Below, in pieces: positions 9,060-18,315 of a stretch of 56,746 bases of DNA. The position numbers and the translations under genes are program-made. Origin of the DNA: a virus (lineage: Duplodnaviria > Caudoviricetes); IMG/VR virus record IMGVR_UViG_3300031520_000193, positions 1 through 56,746 of that record. The stretch is one strand, 5' to 3'. The notes under the pieces are model-generated. The model did no database searches and was not told the origin of the DNA. It was given only the letters and a program-made list of their open reading frames with translations. Within the stretch, counting starts at the first letter, position 1; each line of letters opens with the position of its first letter.

Positions 9060-9638
9060 TCACGCCGCGTCAGATTCCGGCGGCCGGACCATGCCATAGT
9101 GGAACAGGTCCGGGTCGTTCTGCCCGTGATTGATCATTGCGGGCACGATCGGCAGATTCTGGTTGAACCATAGCTGCCGAGCGGCGAGCGGGCCGAACGT
9201 CTGACGCGCTTCCGCGACCAGTGAGCGACGCTCGTTCATCGACGGACTGGGGTCCGGTTCCTCGTCGCTGCCGAGTGCAGGCGGCCGCTTGCCAGTGAAG
9301 TGATCGTGGAGGACTTGATAGCACTCGCGCTGGTACAGAATGACGCGCTCGCGGACGGCTTCGTCCTTGATCCGGCCGCTGTCGATGCCGAAAAGCCAGC
9401 CGTTCACCATCTCCAGCTTGATGCAAAGCGTCTCCTGCGCACCCCCACGCCCGAAAGGTATCCGCATGACACGAATACCTTGGGAGAGAACCGGGTCGCG
9501 ATTGACCCGTTCGTACTGGCCGGGCCACATCAGCCCCATCGCCTCGACCATCGGTTTGAGCGCGAGAAACGTCCCGTCGTCTTCCCGAAAGCCGAACAGG
9601 TCGTCACCCCTGAAATTGACGGTCAAAATATCGCCCAT
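9060..9638 (-). CDS. ant: Antirepressor (P22 Ant N-terminal domain)
   Basis: LKPMVEAMGL.W..Q, NGWLFGID, YQRECYQVLHDHF. Confidence 0.85.
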   Translation of the reverse strand: MGDILTVNFRGDDLFGFREDDGTFLALKPMVEAMGLMWPGQYERVNRDPVLSQGIRVMRIPFGRGGAQETLCIKLEMVNGWLFGIDSGRIKDEAVRERVILYQRECYQVLHDHFTGKRPPALGSDEEPDPSPSMNERRSLVAEARQTFGPLAARQLWFNQNLPIVPAMINHGQNDPDLFHYGMVRPPESDAA

Positions 9639-9684
9639 GAAGCGACTCCACAAATAAGCCGACGCCGATTATGGCCGCGCCTGT

Positions 9685-9790
9685 CGACTGGTTGAGACTG
9701 GCGACGGCCGGGGCGGATTGGCCGTCTCAAAAGCGTCCGCCCCGGTCATCGACCTCCCGGCTGGGAGGCTCCGGGCGCGCGAAGCCCGAA
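9685..9790 (-). promoter_or_regulatory. Structured leader upstream of the antirepressor
   Basis: Three hairpins, including CCGGGGCGGA/TCCGCCCCGG, plus a TTGAGAC/GTCTCAA pairing. Confidence 0.5.
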
Positions 9791-9802
9791 CTGTGAATGG
9801 TT

Positions 9803-10132
9803 TTACGCCCTGCCCACCAGAACCGCCGACGTGATATAATCCGCTGCCCGCGCGATCTCGTCCCCGGACTTTTCCGACACGGCGGCAACCTCCCTGCTGA
9901 CGCTCCGCAGCCGTTCGATCGGGAGCGCTTTCAGCATGGCCATGACGATCAACAGCTCGGGCGTCCGCGTGATCTCGACTGGTTTTCTCGCGGGCTTGCG
10001 ATGTTCGTAAGCGACGGCCATCGAATACAGATTGTCGAGGTGGCACTCGCCGAACTTGCCGCCGAAGCGAAAGCCGCTCCCGCCTACGGATGGAAACTCG
10101 GCAATGTTGGTGATAAGGGCAGCTGTAGCCAT
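9803..10132 (-). CDS. Hypothetical protein co-transcribed with the antirepressor
   Basis: GGGAG RBS; lies between promoter and ant. Confidence 0.65.
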   Translation of the reverse strand: MATAALITNIAEFPSVGGSGFRFGGKFGECHLDNLYSMAVAYEHRKPARKPVEITRTPELLIVMAMLKALPIERLRSVSREVAAVSEKSGDEIARAADYITSAVLVGRA

Positions 10133-10203
10133 GATCGTCTCCCGGACGGTGGTGGTCAGAGGCGGCGCGGGGAGTGATGATCCCTTGCGCCGCTTCGTGT
10201 TTT

Positions 10204-10238
10204 CAGATAGCCGCTATCAGATATGCCGTCAATAGCCG
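10204..10238 (-). promoter_or_regulatory. Leftward promoter with palindromic operator
   Basis: Minus strand TTGACG, 17 nt, TATCTG; GATAGC-C-GCTATC palindrome at 10206-10218. Confidence 0.55.
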
Positions 10239-10411
10239 ATAACAGAAAAGCGCGGGGTCGCCCGCCAACAGGGATAGGCCCGCCGATCGGGTTGCGGCTC
10301 TATGCAAGTCAGCTTGCGGCCTTGGACACGTGGATTGCCGCGCAGCCCGAACCCCAACCGTCCCGCCCGGAAGCGATACGCCGCCTTGTGGACAAGGGGC
10401 TGGCGGGGTAG
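10223..10411 (+). CDS. Ribbon-helix-helix repressor (Mnt/Arc-like)
   Basis: RGRPPTG..IGLRL..QLAALDTW..SRPEAIRRLV. Confidence 0.85.
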   Translation: MPSIADNRKARGRPPTGIGPPIGLRLYASQLAALDTWIAAQPEPQPSRPEAIRRLVDKGLAG

Positions 10412-10427
10412 CCCTGCGCCGAATTAG

Positions 10428-11300
10428 GTGGGGCATGGCATGAGGCTGCTTTGTGAGTATTGTCGTGACGTGTTTCCGTCGACTGAAACAACCGTCGTCA
10501 CGGATCAAGTGTTATCGGGAGAGTCGACTTCTAGCCGCCTCTACAAGGGAACGCGCGGGGGGCTTGGTTTCGGTGGTACTTCGCGCGTCTCTTATCGATT
10601 TAAAGAAAGAGCGATTTGCCTTAATTGTGCGGAGAAGCGCGCAAGAAGATTCCGGAAAGCGGAAACTGTAAGGCGGGTAAAAAGGATTGCCGGTTCCATC
10701 ACGCTCATTGCGCTCGTGGGATATTGTGTGGCAAGATCAGAAAACATCCCGACCCATATACCCGAAACCGATGTAGAATGGCTTACAGTGCACGGTAACG
10801 ACCCGAAGGCATTGAGCGATAAGTTTGGAAATCAAGCCGACGCAGAATGCTCGTCTAAGGCTGACGACTATCTTAGAAGCATAGCTAAGCACGAGTTTAA
10901 GTGGAATGGCGACGCTCAAGGATTTCTAGCCTATAAGTTTGATAAGTTTAGTCTGCGATCGCTTGGAGACGGACTTCTTACAGAAATCTCGTCTAAAGCG
11001 GAGCTTTCTAATGGTTTTGGCGCATTTGATTCTATTCAGTTTTACTGCGTGTATAACGTAAAAACCGATAAGGTTGTTCGTTATTCGCTATCTGATCCGG
11101 GCCTTGATCTTATTCCGACGCCAGCCTTGCAAGACAAAAGCGACTTGCCTGCTACGAGTGTCGACAATGAGGCCAATGAGTCCAGCGGCGCGCCCACTCC
11201 AGACCCTACCGAATCTGTGCAGCCCCCCGCCCCGACAAGCCAACCAGACTCCCAAGACGACCTCCCACCACCCGAAGAGCCGCCCCCGCCGAACGACTAG
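10428..11300 (+). CDS. Moron: membrane-anchored protein with two CxxC pairs and a Pro-rich tail
   Basis: Opposite strand to the late genes; visibly AT-richer; CEYC/CLNC, TM helix near residue 90. Confidence 0.7.
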   Translation: MGHGMRLLCEYCRDVFPSTETTVVTDQVLSGESTSSRLYKGTRGGLGFGGTSRVSYRFKERAICLNCAEKRARRFRKAETVRRVKRIAGSITLIALVGYCVARSENIPTHIPETDVEWLTVHGNDPKALSDKFGNQADAECSSKADDYLRSIAKHEFKWNGDAQGFLAYKFDKFSLRSLGDGLLTEISSKAELSNGFGAFDSIQFYCVYNVKTDKVVRYSLSDPGLDLIPTPALQDKSDLPATSVDNEANESSGAPTPDPTESVQPPAPTSQPDSQDDLPPPEEPPPPND

Positions 11301-11920
11301 ACGATCCGAGTCACGATCCCGTTCGCCACCGTCACCACCTTTCCGTCCTGCGACGTGAACGTGCCGGTCGCGCCGTTCCCCGCCGCCAGCGTATGCGTCG
11401 TGCTCACCAGTCCCGCGTCGAGCAGCACCGTCCCGCTGGTCGTCATCTTGACCTGCGCGGTCGCCACCAGCTCCACGCCGCCGTTGGGCAGGAACTTGAC
11501 CCATTGCGTCGGCTCCGCGTTCAGCACGCCGCCAAGGTAGATGCCGTCCGCCCAATCGAACTTGCGAAACGAGCCGGGGTTGCTCGGGGCCTTGTTCGCC
11601 TTCGCCGAACTGATATCCGAATGCGCGAACACGGCTAGTCCGATATCGCCCACCACGGGGTCCATGATCACCGCATTGCCGCCTGCCTGGTAGCGCCAGA
11701 CGGGCAGGTTGTGAATCACCCCGTGCGGGACCGCGTTCTTCGCGCCGTCAAGCTGGTGGACCATCGGCTGCACGTCCACGCTGCCCGCGCGCACCGCCTT
11801 GACCTGAACCAGCGTTGCCGTCGCCATCTTGTTGACGATCGAGCGCATGGCGAAATCCAGGCGGTTCCACTCCGATGTCCCGCTCGCGAGCGTCCCGGTC
11901 CCGGCGTAGGCGTCAGACAA
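11297..11920 (-). CDS. Baseplate spike (gp138-like), module B
   Basis: VDVQPMV, MDPVVGDIGLAVF..DIS, RKFDWADGIYLGG. Confidence 0.88.
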   Translation of the reverse strand: MSDAYAGTGTLASGTSEWNRLDFAMRSIVNKMATATLVQVKAVRAGSVDVQPMVHQLDGAKNAVPHGVIHNLPVWRYQAGGNAVIMDPVVGDIGLAVFAHSDISSAKANKAPSNPGSFRKFDWADGIYLGGVLNAEPTQWVKFLPNGGVELVATAQVKMTTSGTVLLDAGLVSTTHTLAAGNGATGTFTSQDGKVVTVANGIVTRIV

Positions 11921-12794
11921 TGGGCACCTCGTGGCCTAGCACGCTGCCCTCGATTTGCGTGAACCACTGCCCGCCCGGCATTTGCGCGTCGAGATTGTGA
12001 TTGACCGACGCCAGCACCCAATATCCGCATGCCGGCTGTAGCGTCGAGCGCACCTCGACCTTGCGCCCGAACGTCAAGCCCGGATTGTAGAGCGTAGTCA
12101 GCCGGATGCCATTCTGAGTGAACTCGGGATAGCCCACCATCCCAGTATCGGCCGATATGAGAGGCACCAGCCCGTCCCGCGAGCCGCCCTTAGGCCATAT
12201 CGCCAGCGTGTCGTTCTCGACGATATACTCGAAATCGCATTGCCGGCACACCGCTTGGAGCTGGTCCATCGCCGTGCCGGGCAGGTAAGTGTTGCTAAGC
12301 TGCGCGGTGACGCCGTTGTTCTCCACCGACAGCGGCGGGGCCATTTGCGCGCAGACGTTACGAAGCACCGTCACCGCGTCGATCGTGCCGTTAAAGCTGA
12401 TCGCGGGAACTGGACGTACCTTGTCGAGCAGGCCGGTGTTGGCGGCGAGATGGAGGACGCCTTCGGGAGCGGAGCGCATATCCGCCCACGCCTCGCTTAT
12501 GATGCCGACGAAGCACACCGACATGCCGCTTTCCTTGTCCCCGGCCGAGACGGTGACGGTGTTCAGCCGAGCGCTGGTATAGGCGAGCTGGTTCAGCACA
12601 GTCAGCTTCGCCATCACGTCGAGTGGTAAGCCCCATACGCGCAGATCGAGCTTCGTCATGAAAACGCCGCCCGCTTTGTCGATGTTGGCGGAACAGCGCA
12701 GCCCGGCGAACTCCACCACGTTGGACCCGTCCTCGCCGAACGCGCCGGTGCCAAGCTCAAATCGCAACCCGATCATGCGCTCAACGAACGACAC
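11913..12794 (-). CDS. Baseplate hub protein, module B
   Basis: GLRCSANI, ISADTGMVGYP; gene order. Confidence 0.85.
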   Translation of the reverse strand: MSFVERMIGLRFELGTGAFGEDGSNVVEFAGLRCSANIDKAGGVFMTKLDLRVWGLPLDVMAKLTVLNQLAYTSARLNTVTVSAGDKESGMSVCFVGIISEAWADMRSAPEGVLHLAANTGLLDKVRPVPAISFNGTIDAVTVLRNVCAQMAPPLSVENNGVTAQLSNTYLPGTAMDQLQAVCRQCDFEYIVENDTLAIWPKGGSRDGLVPLISADTGMVGYPEFTQNGIRLTTLYNPGLTFGRKVEVRSTLQPACGYWVLASVNHNLDAQMPGGQWFTQIEGSVLGHEVPIV

Positions 12795-12797
12795 GAC

Positions 12798-13313
12798 CTA
12801 AGCGCCTAGCCATAGAAGGACGTAGCGAGTGCCCAGCCCGTCATAGGTCGGATCGCTCGCGCCTTGCGTATCAACGAACGCCAGCTCGCCCACGAAGCCG
12901 GTATATGCCGCCCGGACCAACGCCGTCCGGTCCAAGCATAGCACCCCAAGCGCGATCGACGCATCGTTGACGTAGAGGTCGAGATACGGCCCTGTCAGCC
13001 GCGTTCGAATCACGATGCGGCATGATTGACCGCCAAGCGCCACCGCCAGCATTTGCGACGGGACCGCGCTGAGCGGGACCACCATCGACGGCACCGCCCG
13101 CGCTACCGCCGCGACGATGCTCCCGGTTCGGGCGGACGGGGCGGGAAGCGGCGTCGGCGCGGGGGGTGGCGGTGGCGGGGGGCTTGGCGTGGGAGATGGC
13201 GATGGCGTCGGTGTAGGCGTCGGGCTGGGCGTCGGCGTTGGCGTGACAGGCGGATAAGAGCCGTCACCACCGTCGCCGGGGTTGATGTCGATTTGTCGGC
13301 TAGACGTGGTCAT
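12798..13313 (-). CDS. Baseplate plug-like protein with Pro/Thr-rich N-terminal extension, module B
   Basis: PLSAVPSQ...F.GELAFVDTQG..DP.YDGLGTRY core. Confidence 0.8.
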   Translation of the reverse strand: MTTSSRQIDINPGDGGDGSYPPVTPTPTPSPTPTPTPSPSPTPSPPPPPPPAPTPLPAPSARTGSIVAAVARAVPSMVVPLSAVPSQMLAVALGGQSCRIVIRTRLTGPYLDLYVNDASIALGVLCLDRTALVRAAYTGFVGELAFVDTQGASDPTYDGLGTRYVLLWLGA

Positions 13314-14131
13314 CTGACGGGCCGGTCATATTTGTACCCGACGCCCGGCACATAGCTTGCGATGCCTTGCGGTGTGACGATGTTGCCCGCGCCGCCCTTG
13401 CCGATTGCCTGCCCGATCGCGCGCGCTTGTACCGCGCCTTGGTTCTTGACCTGAGCCGCCGACGCGACCTTCGTCTTCCACGATCCTCCGATAGCCTTCA
13501 CCGACGCGCCAGCCGGGGGCAGTCCGCTTTTGGACTTGGCGGCGGTGGCGCTGGTCGCTGCGGACGTAGTGGCATCCGGCGTGGCGCTGTCCGGCGCGGC
13601 TGCGGGCGGGGCGGTACTGTACGCCACCGCCACGGTTTGCCGAATCTCCTGCAACATGATCTCAACCGTGAGGATGCCAGCCCCTTGCGTCGCGCTGCGC
13701 GACATACCGGCATGCGTTACGTTTACGCCAATATAGACCTTCTCCGGCGTCGCCACGTCCACTAAATCAAGCGACGCGCGAAGGTCCTCCAAGACGTTCA
13801 GGAACGCCGTTCGGTCGGCGACGGAACCGCCTTTGCTAAGCGCGAGGCGAATGCTGAACGGCACCGCGACCTTGTTGTAAGACTGGAACCCGCCTTCCTC
13901 CATCGGATAGTCGGCAATGCGCTGTTCGGCCTGATATTCCAAAGCGATCACGCTATCGGGCTGAGCGATCGGCTGTCCCGAGCGGTCAAATATGCCCCAA
14001 TCGTCGGAACTCGCCACCGGGGCATCCGCGACATTCGGGAGCGCGGTATAGGCTTCAACCAGCGCGAGAGGCGCGCGCAGCACGGGCGGAACGCCGATCG
14101 CGAAAGGCACGTCGGGCAAGCCGATGCTCAC
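13310..14131 (-). CDS. Tail tube initiator/Dit-like baseplate protein, module B
   Basis: WGIFD, IADYPMEEGGFQSYNKV, DVATPEKVY. Confidence 0.82.
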   Translation of the reverse strand: MSIGLPDVPFAIGVPPVLRAPLALVEAYTALPNVADAPVASSDDWGIFDRSGQPIAQPDSVIALEYQAEQRIADYPMEEGGFQSYNKVAVPFSIRLALSKGGSVADRTAFLNVLEDLRASLDLVDVATPEKVYIGVNVTHAGMSRSATQGAGILTVEIMLQEIRQTVAVAYSTAPPAAAPDSATPDATTSAATSATAAKSKSGLPPAGASVKAIGGSWKTKVASAAQVKNQGAVQARAIGQAIGKGGAGNIVTPQGIASYVPGVGYKYDRPVR

Positions 14132-15783
14132 GAGGTCATGCCCGATTGCGCTTGGACGACAAGCCCGCGGGCCCGGAGCGCCCCGGACAGGTCGCGCGCG
14201 ATCCCGTGCGCGTCGGCCGCTTGCGTGTGGATAGTGATCGGTCCGACGTTGGTCGTGCCGCCGCCACCCGAGCCGCCGCCACCGCCCGCGTTAGCGGACC
14301 GGACGGCCGCGACCGTTTGCGGAATGCCAAGAAACTTCGCGCCGCGTCGAATGTCGCTGGCATTGCCCGCCGCATCGGCCCGCCCGAAGTTCGTGACCGT
14401 CGCACGAAGCGTATCCAGCCCGCCACTCGACGCGCGCACCGCCTTACCGCCCGGATCGCCGCCCATTAGCTCCCACACGAGAAACTCGAGCTGCTGGCCC
14501 ATCGTCGGATGATCGCCGTACTTTTCGCGCAGCCGCCGGAGCCGAGGCCCGCGCCATTGTCCAATGCCGTGCGCTCCTTGACCACCACCGGCATTGTTGG
14601 CGGCCTCCGGGTTGCCCCCACTTTCCGCCATGACCCATGCCGCGATGCCGCTCGCCTGCCCGCCGCTGAACCCGTGCGAAGAGAGGTAGGAGGAAATCGC
14701 GCCCATGTTGCCCGATTTGACCGCGCCCCCGCCGTCCCCGCCGCCAAAGCCGCCGTGTTTCTGCGAAGCGTAGCCGGGGAAGGCGGAAGCGTCGAACCCG
14801 CCAGCCGCATTCCCGGCGGAGCCGTTCTGCACGTCTTCTGCGCTACCGTGCATGAACGTCTGTAACGCGTCGGCATAGTTGCCGGACTTTAGGTCCTGCC
14901 AGATGCGAACGAAATCATGCACCGACGCCCGCACGATGTTGAAACCGATCGCGATCCGATGAAGCGCGCCGTCGACCACATCGAACGCGCCCTTGATGTC
15001 ATCTCCATGCTTCGCCAGCTCGACGAAATCAGCCGTCAGCTTCTCAATCTCGGGTCGCGCCGCGCCCTGAATCGCCCGCTTTAGTGTTGCCAGCGCAGCC
15101 TGAAACGCCTCCGCAGACTTGGCGTCCTTGTCAGTGGTAACCCCTAGCCTCTCCTGTTCCGCCAGCAAGTCCGCCGTGCCCTTGCGCCCACGTTCGAGCA
15201 TAGTGATCACGCTCTCCGGGATGCCGATGCGCTGCAACCGGTTGACGAACTCGGGCTTGCTCAGACGCTCGCCAGCTTCAGCCATTTTGAGCAGCGCCTG
15301 GGTTGGGTCGCTCAGGTCCTTCAATGAGACGTGTAGGCCTTTAAGGTCTTCATCGTGGCCGCTGTTGCCGGCGAGGTGCCAGTTCTGAAACGAGGTCACC
15401 ATCGCCCTCAGGGCAACATCAGCGTCCTCAGCTTTGCCGCCCACGGTCCCAACCGCGCCTTCCCATGCCGACAGCTTCTCCGTCGCCATGCCCAGGTTGG
15501 TGGCCAGCCGCCCCGTAGCGGCGTCGCCCGCGATGATCCCCGCAGCGAAGTCCTTCAGCGTCGACGCGCCAGCGAACGCGAAGAACAGCCCGACCACCTC
15601 ATTGCGGAGCGATCGAAAGAACTCAGCCGCGCGCTTGCCATCCGCCTCAAGCTGCGAAGCGGTTTTCGACCCCGCTTCCCGCGTCCGCTTCAGGTCCTCG
15701 TCGGTCTGTTTCTGACCCGCGCGGAAATCGTGGTTGTCCAAGCCCAGCGTGACAACAAGCGCGTCGATGATGCTAGCTGGCAT
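14128..15783 (-). CDS. Tape measure protein with C-terminal tail-tip lysozyme, module B
   Basis: IIDALVVTLGLD start; AESGGNP..GIGQW.G.R..QQLEF motif. Confidence 0.88.
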   Translation of the reverse strand: MPASIIDALVVTLGLDNHDFRAGQKQTDEDLKRTREAGSKTASQLEADGKRAAEFFRSLRNEVVGLFFAFAGASTLKDFAAGIIAGDAATGRLATNLGMATEKLSAWEGAVGTVGGKAEDADVALRAMVTSFQNWHLAGNSGHDEDLKGLHVSLKDLSDPTQALLKMAEAGERLSKPEFVNRLQRIGIPESVITMLERGRKGTADLLAEQERLGVTTDKDAKSAEAFQAALATLKRAIQGAARPEIEKLTADFVELAKHGDDIKGAFDVVDGALHRIAIGFNIVRASVHDFVRIWQDLKSGNYADALQTFMHGSAEDVQNGSAGNAAGGFDASAFPGYASQKHGGFGGGDGGGAVKSGNMGAISSYLSSHGFSGGQASGIAAWVMAESGGNPEAANNAGGGQGAHGIGQWRGPRLRRLREKYGDHPTMGQQLEFLVWELMGGDPGGKAVRASSGGLDTLRATVTNFGRADAAGNASDIRRGAKFLGIPQTVAAVRSANAGGGGGSGGGGTTNVGPITIHTQAADAHGIARDLSGALRARGLVVQAQSGMTS

Positions 15784-15997
15784 GCGGGTTCGCCAATCTC
15801 TGATTATACGCGTTGACCTGCGCTATTTCGAGCAGGTCGTACAAATCTTCTAGCCCGTAGATGCTGGCGAGCTCGTGGTACGTTGCGAGGCTCGTGCTGA
15901 CCGCCGCCCCGATCGTTTGCGGGATGTTGACGTAGCCGATGGACGCATCTTCGCCGCCTGCCCCAAGGTCGAGAGGGCGGCGGCTACGGAAAAACCC
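15773..15997 (-). CDS. Tail chaperone -1 frameshift extension (gpT-like), module B
   Basis: G GGT TTT slip into LATYHEL.SIYGLEDLYDLLEI frame. Confidence 0.75.
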   Translation of the reverse strand, partial: GFFRSRRPLDLGAGGEDASIGYVNIPQTIGAAVSTSLATYHELASIYGLEDLYDLLEIAQVNAYNQRLANPHAS

Positions 15998-16374
15998 GTG
16001 TGCAGTTCCACCACCTCCCCGCGCAGCTTGAGCAACGTGCCGACCTCTTCCGTGTCGTCGTCGATCAGCGCCCGCATCACTTCGGGCCGCGAGGGATTGG
16101 GGACGATCTGAACACACGCCAGCATCTCGGCTAGCAGCGGCTCCGCATCCGGCCATGCCATCGACGTAAGCGCCCGCGCGCCGAAACTGATGATTGCGGC
16201 CGCGCCCGCATCCATCGCTTCGTCCGGCACCTCCACACCCGCCTTGGACAGGCCCAGCAGCGCGCGCGTGGCCCATGCCTCGGCCGCTCTGGCGCTCATC
16301 TCCGTCAGGACAAACTGCTTGCCCTTGTCCCGCCCTTCCGCGTCGATCGTGACAACCTTGCTCTTTCGCGCCAT
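15850..16374 (-). CDS. Tail assembly chaperone (gpG-like), module B
   Basis: GRDKGKQFVLTEM; GGAGG RBS; lies between tube and TMP. Confidence 0.85.
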   Translation of the reverse strand: MARKSKVVTIDAEGRDKGKQFVLTEMSARAAEAWATRALLGLSKAGVEVPDEAMDAGAAAIISFGARALTSMAWPDAEPLLAEMLACVQIVPNPSRPEVMRALIDDDTEEVGTLLKLRGEVVELHTGFSVAAALSTLGQAAKMRPSATSTSRKRSGRRSARASQRTTSSPASTG

Positions 16375-16382
16375 GTCGCCTC

Positions 16383-16823
16383 CTAATTCGCGGCGGGCTG
16401 GACCCGCTGCCACAGCACGGTGAACTTGCGCGGTTGAAGCACTTTCGCCACCGCCGGAAGCTTGACGATGTTCGTCAGAAACCCGCGCGTCATGCTGTAT
16501 TTGCGGTTCGTCGCGGGAAGCACGATCGACCCGAACAGCACGTATTTCTCGCGCGCGGTTTCCTCGGCGCTGATCAGCGTATCGAAAAAGTCGTTGCTCG
16601 CCGAATCCGCCTGGAGCGTGATATTCTGGGGCACCGGAGCGAACGCCCAGCCCGCCGACAACCGGCCGTCGACCCCCGTCAGGGTTTCCGTGGGCTGGTA
16701 AGCGTCCATGTCGGTAATGTTGTCGGCGGCGAACCCCTCGATGCGCTGCGCCGTGTCGAACAACCCCGTTGCGCCGAGCAGGATGATAGCGTTCGCCGCC
16801 GTGATCGTGCGGTTGTTCGCCAT
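16383..16823 (-). CDS. Tail tube protein, module B
   Basis: TITAANA, GVDGRLSAG, ITLQADS. Confidence 0.88.
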   Translation of the reverse strand: MANNRTITAANAIILLGATGLFDTAQRIEGFAADNITDMDAYQPTETLTGVDGRLSAGWAFAPVPQNITLQADSASNDFFDTLISAEETAREKYVLFGSIVLPATNRKYSMTRGFLTNIVKLPAVAKVLQPRKFTVLWQRVQPAAN

Positions 16824-16826
16824 GAT

Positions 16827-18314
16827 CTACTCCACCGCAATGCTGTTGAGGGTGATCTGCTGAATCGACTGGCCATCGGTGTACCAGAAATACACTGGCG
16901 GGGAGCCGCGCGCCGCGCGCACCGCCGGCGAGGCCGGGAGCGCCAGCGCATACCAGCCGCGCTGCGAAAGCGTGGTGGCGATGTCCCGCCCCGCCGCCGC
17001 GTTGACCTGCGCGATCTGTGTCGCCGATAGCGTTACTCCGGCCCGGATCGCGCCATAGGACACCGCCGCCGCGATCTGCGGGAGCATCGCCGTCTCGACC
17101 ATGGCGTAGCCGTCCGCATTGTACGGAAGCTGTCCCGTCGCCAGGAGCAGCTGAATGAGCGCGAGTTGAAACCCGGCGTTCATCCAGACTTCATTGATGT
17201 ACGTGTCGATCCACAGAAACGGACCGGCAATCTGCCCGGGGTAGAAGAACGCGAACCCTTGATTGGCGGTCGCATAAGCCGCGTAGAAGTTGTACCCGCT
17301 CGCCTGAAGGTTAGTCGCCGTGGTCGCGTTCGTGACACCCGCCGGGACCGTAGACCCGGACCGAAAGGCGAGATTGACCCGCCCGTTCGTCCGGCTGAAG
17401 TTGATCGACGCCAGCGCCCCCATGAAGAAGGCCGCGACGCGCGCGGGGCTGTTCGGATCCCAGATCGGCACCGTGCCGGACAACGCGCCCTGGTTAACCT
17501 GATAGCCCAGCGACGCCGTGTCGTTGGCTTGCGTCGGGACAGGGTCGCTATCTCCCATCGCATATAGGTAGCGGTTGCCCTGCGCGGCGTTCCACGTCGC
17601 GAACGCGAGGCGATCGGCCGCGCTCGGCATGAACGTCGTGGTAAAGCTGACGAAGTTCTGTGTTGCCGCGACCACGCCCGCCATCGCCGCCGCCGGGGTA
17701 GCCTGCGCCGCGCCCTGCGAAACAACCGCGCCGGTCGCGGCCGTGAGCGCGAGCGACGCCGCCAGCGGACCGGTAGCGAAGTCCATCGCCGAGGCCACGC
17801 CGGTAGCGGTGTTGGTGAACACGAACGCTCCCGACACGCTGTCATAGGCGACGGTGAACGGGGGACCGGTAAACCCCGCCTGAATCAGCGTCGCCGCATT
17901 GCTGTAGCTCGTCGCGCTCGCAAGATTGATCGTGGCGCTGGTCGTGGTCGCTCCGCCGCTCTTGATCGTGAGCACGCCCGAAAGCGCCTGAAGCCCCGCC
18001 AACGACAGGCCGAGATTCCCGCCGCGCAGATAAGCCGCGACCGCCGACGTGGGATACTGAACAAACAGGAGGGCGGCGGGCTTGATCGTCGAACCGTCAT
18101 AGCCCGCGAAGTAGGTGGCCGCGAGCGTCGCTTCGTTCGACGTGGGGCCGAAGAACGCCGCAACCGCTGGCGACGACGCGAACCGCTGTACCGCGCCAAT
18201 CGGAACGCGACCGGAGTCGGTCAGGAACAGCCCGACAAGGTCAAGCCCCGATCCGCCGACGCCCACCACGTTCGGAATGACGTTGACGATTGCCGACGCC
18301 GGAATGCTTGGCAT
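16827..18314 (-). CDS. Tail sheath protein DUF3383, module B
   Basis: IPASAIVNVIP, F.WIDTYINEVW, WYTDGQSIQQI. Confidence 0.92.
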   Translation of the reverse strand: MPSIPASAIVNVIPNVVGVGGSGLDLVGLFLTDSGRVPIGAVQRFASSPAVAAFFGPTSNEATLAATYFAGYDGSTIKPAALLFVQYPTSAVAAYLRGGNLGLSLAGLQALSGVLTIKSGGATTTSATINLASATSYSNAATLIQAGFTGPPFTVAYDSVSGAFVFTNTATGVASAMDFATGPLAASLALTAATGAVVSQGAAQATPAAAMAGVVAATQNFVSFTTTFMPSAADRLAFATWNAAQGNRYLYAMGDSDPVPTQANDTASLGYQVNQGALSGTVPIWDPNSPARVAAFFMGALASINFSRTNGRVNLAFRSGSTVPAGVTNATTATNLQASGYNFYAAYATANQGFAFFYPGQIAGPFLWIDTYINEVWMNAGFQLALIQLLLATGQLPYNADGYAMVETAMLPQIAAAVSYGAIRAGVTLSATQIAQVNAAAGRDIATTLSQRGWYALALPASPAVRAARGSPPVYFWYTDGQSIQQITLNSIAVE

Positions 18315-18315
18315 A

